Both the position numbers and the translations under genes were made by a program. This document shows positions 25,328 to 25,412 of a DNA stretch of 25,412 bases, piece by piece. The notes under the pieces were generated by a model. It saw only the letters and a program-made list of their open reading frames with translations. It was not told where the DNA came from and did not search any database. This stretch comes from a virus (Duplodnaviria > Caudoviricetes), in the IMG/VR virus record IMGVR_UViG_3300002307_000211, positions 1 to 25,412 of that record; one strand, 5' to 3'. Within the stretch, counting starts at the first letter, position 1, and each line of letters starts with the position of its first letter.

Positions 25328-25412
25328 ACTAATATCAAGTTATAAAAATTCTGACCTAGATTCTGAGCAAATCGAAGTTTGGTGCGAAGAAGCAGTGGAA
25401 TTGCTACGACAA
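25314..25412 (+). CDS. Hypothetical protein (partial)
   Basis: GAGGTG SD; MTANELISS...EEAVELLRQ, open at the window edge. Confidence 0.55.
   Translation, partial: MTANELISSYKNSDLDSEQIEVWCEEAVELLRQ

Overview
Segment of an AT-rich, podovirus-like tailed phage genome with two divergent arms. The minus-strand arm (1-10258) is the late morphogenesis operon: terminase small and large subunits, portal, a GroES-like co-chaperonin, probable scaffold, decoration-type protein, major capsid, small virion proteins and a beta-roll tail fibre cut by the window edge. A ~1.5 kb non-coding block (10259-11773) holds back-to-back near-consensus sigma70 promoters, an almost pure A/T tract with three exact 17-mers, C-run repeats, an IHF consensus and an extensively self-complementary region. 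It probably contains the physical genome ends and/or the origin. The plus-strand arm has small early genes separated by hairpins, then a peptide/amide-bond cluster: class I Gln-amidotransferase (peptidase C26), phiEco32-like COOH-NH2 ligase, amidoligase, class II Gln-amidotransferase and ATP-grasp ligase, plus two unannotated paralogous 'CCG...NxNSxN' proteins. These are followed by primase, SF4 helicase, a signal-anchored lytic transglycosylase and the N-terminal part of a split family A DNA polymerase. The layout resembles LUZ24/PaP3/phiEco32-type phages. All calls come from reading motifs by eye; no searches or folding were run.
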